A stretch of 64,000 bases of DNA from assembly GCA_036229005.1 (NCBI GenBank), contig JAZAMN010000003.1, forward strand, positions 82,084 through 146,083, given 5' to 3'. The DNA is from Myxococcota bacterium (GTDB lineage: Bacteria > Myxococcota_A > UBA796 > CAJQPC01). The notes below the pieces were generated by a model. It ran no database searches. It was not told where the DNA came from and saw only the letters and a program-made list of their open reading frames with translations. A program made the translations under genes and the position numbers. Positions within the stretch are counted from its first letter, which is position 1; each line of letters opens with the position of its first letter. This document shows positions 31,553 through 40,546 of this stretch, piece after piece.

Positions 31553-32371
31553 ATGCCCCTGGACCCCGACGCCATCAGCGCCTCCCTCGCCTCCATGGCC
31601 CAGAGCGATGTCGCCCGCAAGCGCGGCAAGCACCTCAAGCCCTTCCGAGGCCTGCGCGGCACCCCGATCCCCGCCACCACGCGCCTTCTGGCCAGCCTGT
31701 GGCGCAAGGACCTCAGCTTCGAGCAGGACGGAGAGGCCCTCCACGCCCTCTTCTGCACCGCCCACGAGGACGGCCTGGTCGCCATCGGCCTCACCGCCGC
31801 CCTGGTCCCGGACGACGCCATGGGCGCGCTGGAGATGGTGGACCGCTGGCAGGAGATGATCGACGACACCGAGACGGCGGACTTCCTGGGCTGGATGGTC
31901 CTGGGCCCTGCCCTGATGGCCTCCGGTGAGCCCGTGGCCCAGAGCCTCGCCGCCTACCGGGACGACGAGAACTGGGGCGCCCGCCGCATGGCCCTGATGG
32001 CCGGCCTGGCCCTGATGCCCATCGCGCTCCAGGGGGCCTGCGCCGCCGCGCTCCGTCAGCGCATGGGGATCCCCCGCCTGCAGTTCGTGGCGGAGCCCCA
32101 GGGCCCGGCCATCGAGGGCCTCCTGGACGCCTACGTGCGCGACGACAACCCCCGGGTCCGCAAGGCCTTCATCCGGGTCGCCCGGAGCTGGGCCGAGTAC
32201 GAGCCCCTGGCCTGCGAGGCCTGGATCGGCACGGTCAAGGGGGGCATGCCCAAGCGCCTGCGCGAAGAGCTGGAGCGGGGCATCCGAAAGGGCAAGCGAA
32301 ACGCCCGTCGGGCGGCCGAGGCTGCGCTGCTGGAGCAGGCCGAGAGCGCCCAGGACGAGGCCTCGAGCTGA
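31553..32371 (+). CDS. HEAT-like repeat DNA alkylation repair (AlkD-family)-like protein
   Basis: LRGTPIP, HEDGLVAI, IDD...D, WGARR, DNPRVRKA pattern; helical. Confidence 0.6.
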   Translation: MPLDPDAISASLASMAQSDVARKRGKHLKPFRGLRGTPIPATTRLLASLWRKDLSFEQDGEALHALFCTAHEDGLVAIGLTAALVPDDAMGALEMVDRWQEMIDDTETADFLGWMVLGPALMASGEPVAQSLAAYRDDENWGARRMALMAGLALMPIALQGACAAALRQRMGIPRLQFVAEPQGPAIEGLLDAYVRDDNPRVRKAFIRVARSWAEYEPLACEAWIGTVKGGMPKRLREELERGIRKGKRNARRAAEAALLEQAESAQDEASS

Positions 32372-32505
32372 GTCCAGGGCTGGCCTCTGGGGCCTTCGCC
32401 TCAAGGCCTGATCAAAAACAATGTGTGACATCGCACGCCGCTTGCCGGGGGGCGATAGGGGCACATGTCAATCCTGAAAAGGCCACATCCAAGCTGGAGC
32501 GCAGC

Positions 32506-32991
32506 ATGTACGCCGTGAAGAAGATCCTGGTTCCCATTGATTTCTCGGACACCTCCCGCGCCGCCCTCTCCGCGGCCCTGCAGATCGCTTCCCTGAACGA
32601 GGGCGCTGAGCTCTTCGTGCTCCACGTCGAGGGTGGCATGGAGGACGACGTCGACCAGGGCTCCTCCGAGGCCGCCGACGCCCTCCAGCAGATCGAGACC
32701 GACGAGGCCGCCATCCTGGAGGCCGTTGAGCTCGAGCGCTCCCGCTGCGCCGAAGGTGGCCGCACCCTGCCCAAGATCTCCGTGACCCCCCGCGTCGCCG
32801 GCGGTGAGTGGAAGGAGGTCGCCACCCAGATGGTGGACGAGCTCCAGATCGACCTCATCGTGACCGCCACCCACGGACCCAAGGGCCTCAAGGAGCGCAT
32901 CCTGGGCGCCGACTCCCAGCGCCTGCTGGGCATGGTCACCTGCTCCGTGATGGTCGTGAAGCCCAAGGGCTACCCCTACCTGCGCGACTGA
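32506..32991 (+). CDS. Universal stress protein (USP)
   Basis: KKILVPIDFSDTS, LHV, DLIVTATHG, ILGADS, CSVMVVK; GGAG RBS. Confidence 0.9.
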   Translation: MYAVKKILVPIDFSDTSRAALSAALQIASLNEGAELFVLHVEGGMEDDVDQGSSEAADALQQIETDEAAILEAVELERSRCAEGGRTLPKISVTPRVAGGEWKEVATQMVDELQIDLIVTATHGPKGLKERILGADSQRLLGMVTCSVMVVKPKGYPYLRD

Positions 32992-32994
32992 TCG

Positions 32995-33882
32995 GTGGCC
33001 CTCGGAGCGCGTCGACTGCGCGCGGTCCAGGCTGGCCTGGAGCAGCTCTACGCCCAGACCGACTTCGGCGCGCGGCTGCTCCAGGACCCCGTCGCGGCGG
33101 TACACCGCTACCAGGATCCCCTGGACCAGGAGCTGGCCGGGTTCATCTCGGCCTGCTTTGCCTACGGGCGCGTGAGCGCCTTCCAGCCCGTGGTCGCCCG
33201 GATCCTGGACTGGCTGGACACCCAAGGGGGACCTCGCCTGGCCCTGGAGCGGCTGGATCTGGAGCAGGCCCATCAAGCCCTGGGCGGTGTGGGCTATCGC
33301 TTCTCGAAGGGGCCAGATCTGATCCTCCTCCTCTTGGCTCTGCACCGCACGCTCGATCGGTGGGGGAGCCTCTGTGCACTCGCTGGCGCCGGCGAGGCCA
33401 GGCTGGTGCTGTCCAAGCTGGTCGACGGGCTGCGCTGGGCAGCCCTGGATCAGGCCCCCAGGCTGCACATCCAGGCGCAGGCCGCCGCGGAGCTCCCTGC
33501 TGGCTTACGCTACTGGATGAACCACCCGGAGAGCGGGTCGGCCTGCAAGCGCTTGAACATGTTCCTGCGCTGGATGGTGCGGCCTCCCACCGAGGGGCTG
33601 GACCTGGGCATCTGGACCCAGGTGGACCCGGCCGCGCTGGTCATCCCCGTGGACACCCACGTGCTGCGCACCGCGCGCTTTCTGGGCCTGCACAGCGGCA
33701 AGAGCGGGAACTGGCGGGCGGCCGAGAGCATCACGGCGCAGCTCCGCCGCATGGACCCGGTGGACCCCGTCCGCTATGACTTTGCCATCGCGCACCTGGG
33801 GATCTCGGGCGCCTGCAAGGGCAAGCGAGACCCGGAGCTCTGCCCCGTCTGCCCCCTGAACCGAGTCTGCAAGCCCCAATGA
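32995..33882 (+). CDS. TIGR02757/DUF2400 family protein with C-terminal 4-Cys motif
   Basis: FAYGRV, SACKRLNMFLRWMVR, DLGIW, IPVDTHV, DPVRYDFA, C-x8-C-x2-C-x5-C. Confidence 0.85.
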   Translation: MALGARRLRAVQAGLEQLYAQTDFGARLLQDPVAAVHRYQDPLDQELAGFISACFAYGRVSAFQPVVARILDWLDTQGGPRLALERLDLEQAHQALGGVGYRFSKGPDLILLLLALHRTLDRWGSLCALAGAGEARLVLSKLVDGLRWAALDQAPRLHIQAQAAAELPAGLRYWMNHPESGSACKRLNMFLRWMVRPPTEGLDLGIWTQVDPAALVIPVDTHVLRTARFLGLHSGKSGNWRAAESITAQLRRMDPVDPVRYDFAIAHLGISGACKGKRDPELCPVCPLNRVCKPQ

Positions 33883-34541
33883 AGAAGCGCATCCTGGACC
33901 GCCTCCGCAAGCTCTCCGGCGCACCGGAGGCAGCGGGCGGCGCCTGGACGCCGCGGCTGCAGGAGCTCTGGCCCGAGCTGGAACCCCAGGCAGGGGGCCA
34001 GGGCGAGCTGCTGGCCGCGGCAGTCACCGCCACCTGGGAGGTGGGGCTGGCCGACCTGGGCCGCGCACTGCGCGCCAAGCACCCGGACCACGCCAAGGCC
34101 GTGGTGGAGCGCACCAGCGACGCGCTGGTCCCGCTGCTCACCCCCGTCCAGGCTCTGAGCACGGAGCTGGAGGCGTGCATCCGCCAAGGCGGGACCCAGG
34201 CGCAGCAGAGCGGCCAGCTCCTGGACGCCGCAGCGCCGACGGTGGCGCTGCTGCGGGACATTGGACCTCGCCTGCACCAAGGGTGGACGCAGTTGGTGGA
34301 CTACCTGGAGTTGCCAGTGGGTGAGAGCGCCCGGTCCGGACTCCACGCCATCGGTCCTCTCCTGGAGCAGGAGGCCGACGCGTTGGCGGTGGCCTTTCAC
34401 CGGGACTGCGCCCGGCTCCCCCAGGAGGAGCTCCCGGAGCTGGCGCTGATGGGCGCTCTGGACACCTGGCGGCGGGCTCAGGCACGCTCGCTGGAGATGA
34501 ACCTCTACCAGGCCCGGACGCTGCTGCTCGCGGCGCTCTGA
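33879..34541 (+). CDS. Hypothetical helical protein
   Basis: ATGA overlap with the upstream gene; Leu/Ala/Glu-rich. Confidence 0.6.
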   Translation: MKKRILDRLRKLSGAPEAAGGAWTPRLQELWPELEPQAGGQGELLAAAVTATWEVGLADLGRALRAKHPDHAKAVVERTSDALVPLLTPVQALSTELEACIRQGGTQAQQSGQLLDAAAPTVALLRDIGPRLHQGWTQLVDYLELPVGESARSGLHAIGPLLEQEADALAVAFHRDCARLPQEELPELALMGALDTWRRAQARSLEMNLYQARTLLLAAL

Positions 34542-34562
34542 GCGCGACATTGTGCTCGGCGC

Positions 34563-35081
34563 TCAGGTCGGGGGCTGGAGGCTGAGCAGGTAGTCGAGCA
34601 GGGCCTCTCGCTGCTCGGGGGCCAGCAGCTCGTCAAAGGGCAGGTCGTGGCGCGTGCCGATGGCCGCGTCCAGCTCAGCTCGCGTACCGCCGCCGACAAG
34701 CCACTCTCCATCATCCAGCGCGGGGGCCATCCCGCCGCTGCCCAGGGGACCATGGCAGTCCGCGCAGAGCTGCTGGTAGCTGCCCTCGCCCAGGGGCATG
34801 GCCTGGAGCTGCACCTGGGGCAGGGGAGGGCGAAGCGCCACGATGACCACCGTGGCCAACACCGCAGCGGGCAGGCCGACCATCAAGACCCGGGGGACCT
34901 TGAGGCCGGCCCACTGGGCCATCAACACGATGAGGCCCACGCCCAGGCCCAGCCGTCCCGCGCCCAGGGCAGCGCGGGTCTGCTGCCGCAGGTCGAAGAG
35001 CCCCAGCTCGGGCGCGGCCTGCAGGACGCTGAGGGCCAGGATGCCAGACACCAGGGCCAGCGCTGGCCAGAAGCGCTTCAA
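34563..35081 (-). CDS. Membrane-anchored monoheme c-type cytochrome
   Basis: TTG 35081 overlaps the upstream TGA; three hydrophobic segments then YQQLCADCHG. Confidence 0.75.
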   Translation of the reverse strand: MKRFWPALALVSGILALSVLQAAPELGLFDLRQQTRAALGAGRLGLGVGLIVLMAQWAGLKVPRVLMVGLPAAVLATVVIVALRPPLPQVQLQAMPLGEGSYQQLCADCHGPLGSGGMAPALDDGEWLVGGGTRAELDAAIGTRHDLPFDELLAPEQREALLDYLLSLQPPT

Positions 35082-35302
35082 ATGAAGCTCTCCAGGACGG
35101 TGGGGTCCCGGGTCACGAGCAGCACCCCCTTGCAGACGCGGCAAGAGAAGGTGAGCTTGATGGGCGCGGTGCTGACCCCCATGAAGAGGGACCAGAAGGT
35201 GCCCCACCCGTTGTAGGTGGGCTCTGGGCTGACCATGACGTGGTCTACAGAGTGACCACAGCGGCAGGTTTTGCCTGCCGCTGCGTCGATGACCTTCGCC
35301 AT
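35078..35302 (-). CDS. Small Cys-containing hypothetical protein (CxCxH ... CxxC)
   Basis: AAGGA RBS before ATG 35302; TCRCGH and SCRVC flank a hydrophobic segment. Confidence 0.7.
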   Translation of the reverse strand: MAKVIDAAAGKTCRCGHSVDHVMVSPEPTYNGWGTFWSLFMGVSTAPIKLTFSCRVCKGVLLVTRDPTVLESFI

Positions 35303-35336
35303 GGCGTCCTTTCTGAGGGAAGCCATGTGGGGGACT

Positions 35337-35999
35337 CTACTTGACGGTCTTGATGTACTCGATGAGGGCGTCAGCGTCCTCTTCGGTCACACCAGCGACG
35401 ACCATGGAGGGCGGGTAGTCCTTCACGATCTTGGCCATGGGCTCCAGGATGGACTCCTTGAGGTACTCCTCGTTGACCTCGACGGTGGAACCGTCTTCCA
35501 GGTTCTCCGTCTTGCCGTACAGACCCTGGAAGGTGGGCCCGACGAGCTTGGAGCCGTCCAGGCTGTGGCAGCCCGCGCAGCCCTTGGAGGTGTAGAGGGC
35601 CGCGCCGAGCTCGGCTCCGGACAGGTTGGCCTGCTCCTCTTCGGTGGCCATCTGGGCGATGGCCGCGTCCATGCGCTGCTCGAAGTTGCCCGTCACGCCC
35701 AGCACCCGGTCGCGGGAGCTCAGGTCCACCATCGTGAAGATGAAGAACACGGCCATGAACCAGAAGCTGGCGCCGAACATGAAGATGTTGAACTTGCGGT
35801 CATACTTGAGGTGCATGAACCAGGTGGCGACCAGGGTGGCCTTGACCAAGGCCACGGCCATGGCGGCCACGATGGAGAGGACAGGGGGCAGGCCCAGCTG
35901 GGACACCGCCACGGTCACCACCGTCAGGACCAAGAGGCTGCCGTAGACAGCGAAGTAGGTCTTGAGGGGCATGATGTGATGCTCGTGCGCGCTCATCAC
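35337..35999 (-). CDS. coxD: Cytochrome c oxidase subunit IV fused to a C-terminal cytochrome c domain
   Basis: YFAVYGSLLVLTVVTV...KATLVATWFMHLKY (subunit IV), then CAGCH...PSM. Confidence 0.85.
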   Translation of the reverse strand: MMSAHEHHIMPLKTYFAVYGSLLVLTVVTVAVSQLGLPPVLSIVAAMAVALVKATLVATWFMHLKYDRKFNIFMFGASFWFMAVFFIFTMVDLSSRDRVLGVTGNFEQRMDAAIAQMATEEEQANLSGAELGAALYTSKGCAGCHSLDGSKLVGPTFQGLYGKTENLEDGSTVEVNEEYLKESILEPMAKIVKDYPPSMVVAGVTEEDADALIEYIKTVK

Positions 36000-36679
36000 T
36001 TCACCAGGTAGAGGAGGGGGAAGAGGACGATCCAGATGAGATCGACGAGGTGCCAGTAGAGGCCGACGTTCTCAACGAAGCCGTAGTTCTGCTCGTTGAA
36101 GTCGTCCTTCATGGCGCGCCAGGTGAGGTAGCCGATGAGCCCCACACCGATGAGCACGTGCAGTCCGTGGACGCCGGTCATCATGAAGTAGACCGAGAAG
36201 AAGACCTGGGGCGCGTTGTGCACGGCCTCGATGGGGTCCAGGGTCTGGTAGCTGTACAGCGCACCAGGCACCAGGCCCTCGTGGATCTTGTGGTTGTACT
36301 CGGTGAACTTGATGGCCATGAACACCAGCGCGAGCACGTTGGTGATGACCAGCATCTGGATGAGCAGCTTCTTGTTGCTGGTCTGCGCAGCCCGCACGGC
36401 CAGGGCCATGGTGAGGCTGGAGGTCAGCAGCGCCACGGTGTTCACCGCGCCCAGCTTCCAGTCCAGGTGGAGGTAGGCCTCCTGGAAGGTGTCCGGGTAG
36501 AAGAAGCGCATGGAGATGTAGGCCATGAACAGGCCGCCGAAGAACAGGAGCTCCTGAACCAGGAAGAGCCACATGCCCATCTTGACGGCGTCATCCTGCT
36601 GGAACTTGTCCAGGAAGTGATGGGCCAGGTAGGGATTGCGCTCAGCGTGTGCTGCAGCGCCACCTTCGTTCTGATGCAT
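35996..36679 (-). CDS. coxC: Cytochrome c oxidase subunit III
   Basis: GMWLFLVQELLFFGGLF, NTVALLTSS, MTGVHGLHV, GLYWHLVDLIW. Confidence 0.93.
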   Translation of the reverse strand: MHQNEGGAAAHAERNPYLAHHFLDKFQQDDAVKMGMWLFLVQELLFFGGLFMAYISMRFFYPDTFQEAYLHLDWKLGAVNTVALLTSSLTMALAVRAAQTSNKKLLIQMLVITNVLALVFMAIKFTEYNHKIHEGLVPGALYSYQTLDPIEAVHNAPQVFFSVYFMMTGVHGLHVLIGVGLIGYLTWRAMKDDFNEQNYGFVENVGLYWHLVDLIWIVLFPLLYLVK

Positions 36680-36733
36680 TTGTTGTCTGCCTCTAGAGGG
36701 CGATGAGAGGGGAGGGGGGCTCAGGCCGAAGCC

Positions 36734-38383
36734 TCAAGCCTCCACATCGATCTCGTCGAAGTCGTAGGGGCCACGCTCGCAGACGGGCAGGCCGTGGAAG
36801 TTGTGCTCGATGGGCGGAGTGGCCGCCTCCCACTCGAGGCTCACAGCGTTCCAAGGGTTGTGCGGGGCCTTCTCGCCCTTCACGAGGCTGTGAATCAAGT
36901 AGAAGAGGATGATGAACAGGGCCAGGCCGAAGATGAACGAGCCGATGGTGGAGGCCTGCATCCAGACCTCGAACTCGGGCACGTACTGGTGGTAGCGGCG
37001 GGGCATGCCCTGGGTACCGGCGACGAACTGGGGGAAGAAGGTCAGGTTGTAGCCGATGAAGGCCAGCCAGAAGGTGGCCTTGCCGATGGTCTCGTTGAAC
37101 ATCTTGCCGGTCATCTTGGGCCACCAGTGGTGCATGGCCGTGATGAGGGCGAAGAGGGTTCCACCCATCATGACGTAGTGGAAGTGAGCGACCACGAAGT
37201 AGGTGTCGTGGAGGTGCACGTCCGTCGCCATGGTGGCCAGGAACAGACCCGTGAGGCCGCCGATCAGGAAGATCCAGATGAAGCCCAGGGTGTACATCAT
37301 GACCGTGTTCCACCGGATGGAGCCCTTCCAGAGGGTCGCGATCCAGGAGAAGTTCTTGATGGCGGTGGGGATGGCCACGCCGAAGGTCAGGAAGGAGAAG
37401 ATCGCGCCCTGCAGCTCAGACTGGCCGGACACGAACATGTGGTGGCCCCAGATGAGGAAGCCGACGGCCGCGATGGCGACCGAGGAGCCCGCGATGGCCA
37501 TGTAGCCAAAGATGTGCTTGCGGCTGTGCACCGAGACGGTCTCGGAGATGACGCCGAAGGCGGGGAGCACCATCACGTACACGACGGGGTGGCTGTAGAA
37601 CCAGAAGAAGTGCTGGAAGAGCACGGGGTCGCCGCCCAGGGCGGGGTCGAAGATGCCGATGCCCAGAGCCTTCTCGAACATGAGGAGGAAGAGGGTGATG
37701 GCGATGACCGGGGTGGCGAGGACCTGGATGACCGAGGTCGCGTAGAGCGCCCACAGCATCAGGGGCATCTTCCGCCAGGTCTGACCGGGGGCACGCATCT
37801 TGTGGATGGTGACGATGAAGTTCAGGCCGGTCAGGATGGAGGAGAAGCCCAGGATGAACGCACCCGTGAGGGTGGTCACCACGGAGCCGCTGGCGTGGTC
37901 GCTGGAGTAGGGGGTGTAGAAGGTCCAGCCGGTGTCCACGCCGCCCGTGATGAGGGTGAAGACCAGGAAGGCTGCGCCCAGCACGTAGATCCAGAAGCTC
38001 GCGAGGTTGAGCTTGGGGAAGGCCACGTCCTTCTGTCCCAGCATCAGCGGCAACACGAAGTTGCCGATGGAGGCGGGGATGGCGGGCACCAGCACGAGGA
38101 AGACCATGATGGCCCCGTGCAGGGTGAACAGCTTGTTGTAGGTGTTGGCGGTGAACAGGTCACCCGCGGGGGTGAACAGCTCGGCGCGGATCATGAGGGC
38201 GATGATGCCGCCCGCCATGAAGAACGTCAGGATGGTGCCCAGGTACATCACCCCGATCCGCTTGTGATCGAGGGTGAGCAGCCAACTCTTGAGGCCCTTG
38301 GTGGCGTTCAGGTAGTTGACCTCTGGGGTGAGATCGTTCTCAGGATGCGCGTAGGTGTTTGCGGTCTGGGGCTTCACAATCAA
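36734..38383 (-). CDS. coxA: Cytochrome c oxidase subunit I (A2-type)
   Basis: [23 protein letters not shown] (YS motif), WGHHMF, VAHFHY, GMPRRY. Confidence 0.95.
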   Translation of the reverse strand: MIVKPQTANTYAHPENDLTPEVNYLNATKGLKSWLLTLDHKRIGVMYLGTILTFFMAGGIIALMIRAELFTPAGDLFTANTYNKLFTLHGAIMVFLVLVPAIPASIGNFVLPLMLGQKDVAFPKLNLASFWIYVLGAAFLVFTLITGGVDTGWTFYTPYSSDHASGSVVTTLTGAFILGFSSILTGLNFIVTIHKMRAPGQTWRKMPLMLWALYATSVIQVLATPVIAITLFLLMFEKALGIGIFDPALGGDPVLFQHFFWFYSHPVVYVMVLPAFGVISETVSVHSRKHIFGYMAIAGSSVAIAAVGFLIWGHHMFVSGQSELQGAIFSFLTFGVAIPTAIKNFSWIATLWKGSIRWNTVMMYTLGFIWIFLIGGLTGLFLATMATDVHLHDTYFVVAHFHYVMMGGTLFALITAMHHWWPKMTGKMFNETIGKATFWLAFIGYNLTFFPQFVAGTQGMPRRYHQYVPEFEVWMQASTIGSFIFGLALFIILFYLIHSLVKGEKAPHNPWNAVSLEWEAATPPIEHNFHGLPVCERGPYDFDEIDVEA

Positions 38384-38386
38384 ACC

Positions 38387-39382
38387 TCAGTTCAGGGTCT
38401 TGAGGTAGTCGATGAGGGCGTTGACTTCTTCGTCGCTGAGCTGCCCCTCGAAGGGAGGCATGGAGGGCGCGAAGCCGTCGACGACCTTGGTCGCCGGAGC
38501 GAGGATGGACTCCCGCAGGTAGTTCTCGTCGACCGTGATGGTCTCACCGGTGCTGAGCTTCTCCTCGCGGCCCATGACACCCTTGAGGGTGGGGCCGACC
38601 AGGGGGGAGCCGTCGACGCTGTGGCAGCCGTTGCAGGCCTTCTTCTCGAAGAGGTGCTCGCCCAGGGCCACGCCGGTCAGGCTGCCGGCGGCCTCGGCCT
38701 CGGCCTTCTGGCCATCGACCCAGGCGTCGAACTCGGCGGGGGGGACCACCTTGACGGTGTTCAGCATCACGCTGTGGCCGTCACCGCAGTACTCGGTGCA
38801 GAAGATGTGGTGCTCGCCGGGCTCGGGAGCGTTGAACCACACCACGGAGTAGCGGCCGGGGATGACGTCCTTCTTGACCCGGAAGTCGGGCACGTAGAAG
38901 GAGTGCAGCACGTCCTTGGAGTTCATGGTCAGCCGGACGTTGGTGCCGGCGGGGACCACGAGCTCGGAGCCGGTGATGCCCTCGTGGGGGTACTCGAAGT
39001 TCCACTTCCACTTCTCGCCGACGACGCGGATGTCGTAGCTGTCAGCGGGGGGGATGGCGCCCTCAACATACACCCGGAAGCCGGTCACGAAGATCGCGAC
39101 GGCCAGGATGGTGGGGACGACGGCCCAGACCAGCTCGAGGCTGTGGCTGCCCCGGGAGGGGTGGGTCTTCTCGCCTTCCTGCTTCTGCTTGTACTTGAAG
39201 GCGAAGAAGATGACCGCGCCCATCATCAACACGAAGAAGACGATGTCGATGTAGTAGATGAAGTAGAAGACCTTGTCCACGTCTGCGGCGACGGTGGAGG
39301 CCTGAGGGGGCATCCAGAAGGTGCCCCCTTCGGCTGCAGCGGCCATGCCTGCGCCCAGGAGTGGGAGGAGGAGGGAGTTCAT
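38387..39382 (-). CDS. coxB: Cytochrome c oxidase subunit II with fused cytochrome c (caa3-type)
   Basis: KWKWNFEY, DVLHSF, CuA motif CTEYCGDGHSVM, C-terminal CNGCH...SMP. Confidence 0.95.
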   Translation of the reverse strand: MNSLLLPLLGAGMAAAAEGGTFWMPPQASTVAADVDKVFYFIYYIDIVFFVLMMGAVIFFAFKYKQKQEGEKTHPSRGSHSLELVWAVVPTILAVAIFVTGFRVYVEGAIPPADSYDIRVVGEKWKWNFEYPHEGITGSELVVPAGTNVRLTMNSKDVLHSFYVPDFRVKKDVIPGRYSVVWFNAPEPGEHHIFCTEYCGDGHSVMLNTVKVVPPAEFDAWVDGQKAEAEAAGSLTGVALGEHLFEKKACNGCHSVDGSPLVGPTLKGVMGREEKLSTGETITVDENYLRESILAPATKVVDGFAPSMPPFEGQLSDEEVNALIDYLKTLN

Positions 39383-40218
39383 GCGCGTGCGCTCCGAGAT
39401 TCGTCTTGACGGCTGTCTCGCCGCTTCCGCTCGCGACGCCAGAGCACCGCTCCCAGACTGCCCATCGCAATCAGGGTGGCGACGCCCCCCAGGCGCATCA
39501 CGCCCAGGGCTGCCGGGGTGTACTCGCCGGTGCTGTCGTCGTAGCGGAAGCAGCTCAAGATGAGCTTGTCCACTGGTGAACCCGTGCGTCCCTGGCTCGC
39601 CTCCATGAGGGCGAACTTGAGGTCACGGGAGGGGTAGGTGATTCCGTAGAGGTAGCGGGCCACGTAGCCCTCGGGGGCCAGGAAGGTCAGCACCGCAGGG
39701 TGCGCCCACTGTCCCGAGGTCTCGTCGTAGGCGTAGGAGAAGCCCACGGAGCTGGCCAGCGCCTGGATCTGGTCCTCTTCCCCGGTGAGGAAGTGCCACT
39801 CGATGTCGCCCTTACCGAGGCTGGACAGGTAGCTGGCGCGCTTGTTGGCGGCCAGCTCCGGTCCCTCCGAGGGGTCGATGGAGACGGTGACGATGCGGAA
39901 CTCCTGTCCCGCGGTCCAGTCCAGATCCCGCAGACCCGCCAGCAGCCCGTTGAGTTGGGTGCTGCAGAGGGTCTCGCAGGTGTAGTAGTTCAGGGTCAGC
40001 AGGACGGGCTTGCCGTCCGCGAAGTAGTCCCCCATGGTCACAGCCTTGCCGGTGTGGTCCATGAAGCGGAGCTCCGGATCCACGCTCTGGCTGAGCTGCT
40101 CCACCACCGTGGAGGCGGCGTAGCCGTCGGGGACGTTTGCGTTTTCAGCGCGCGCACCACCAGACATCCCGGCCACGGCCAGGGTGCTGAAGAGGAGTGC
40201 GGGCAGAAGACGCATCAT
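39379..40218 (-). CDS. SCO1/SenC family copper chaperone
   Basis: YYTCETLC (CxxxC), VSIDP, WHFLTG, WAHPA; C-terminal TM. Confidence 0.9.
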   Translation of the reverse strand: MMRLLPALLFSTLAVAGMSGGARAENANVPDGYAASTVVEQLSQSVDPELRFMDHTGKAVTMGDYFADGKPVLLTLNYYTCETLCSTQLNGLLAGLRDLDWTAGQEFRIVTVSIDPSEGPELAANKRASYLSSLGKGDIEWHFLTGEEDQIQALASSVGFSYAYDETSGQWAHPAVLTFLAPEGYVARYLYGITYPSRDLKFALMEASQGRTGSPVDKLILSCFRYDDSTGEYTPAALGVMRLGGVATLIAMGSLGAVLWRRERKRRDSRQDESRSARA

Positions 40219-40427
40219 CGGGGGACTGCACCCTCGATGCGCTCGCTGTAGCCCTTGGAGATCATCTCCTGGTCGACGATGTGGTCGAAGTAGAAGACGG
40301 TGAAGCCGACCATGTGGATGACCACGAAGGTCAACGCGGCGGCCAGGCCGACCAGCATCTTCACGGGCACGTCGTCCGGCTCGTAGCCCTGACCGACGTC
40401 CGCAGAGGGGGCGTGGTTGTCACTCAT
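40215..40427 (-). CDS. Small single-TM hypothetical protein
   Basis: 70 aa, GYEPDDV then a hydrophobic helix; ATGA overlap with SCO. Confidence 0.65.
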   Translation of the reverse strand: MSDNHAPSADVGQGYEPDDVPVKMLVGLAAALTFVVIHMVGFTVFYFDHIVDQEMISKGYSERIEGAVPR

Positions 40428-40457
40428 GTCCGGGAATCCTGGGCTGGGTCAGCCGCG

Positions 40458-40474
40458 TGCGACGAATCGTCGCA
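40458..40474. promoter_or_regulatory. Perfect palindrome TGCGACGA-A-TCGTCGCA upstream of the oxidase genes (operator or RNA hairpin)
   Basis: 8-bp inverted repeat with 1-nt spacer; outer arms CAGCCG 40450-40455 and CGGCTG 40479-40484; minus-strand TACACT at 40496-40491. Confidence 0.5.
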
Positions 40475-40546
40475 TCCACGGCTGGCGGGGAGTGTAGCTA
40501 ATGAAGTGGGAAGGGGGGTTCAACGCTGCCAAGCCGGGCGCTGGGC

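Noticed and set aside
31498..31869. N-terminal extension of PBP1B in the ORF track
   Set aside because: Overlaps the divergent AlkD-like gene; GTG 31497 gives a normal basic tail plus TM.
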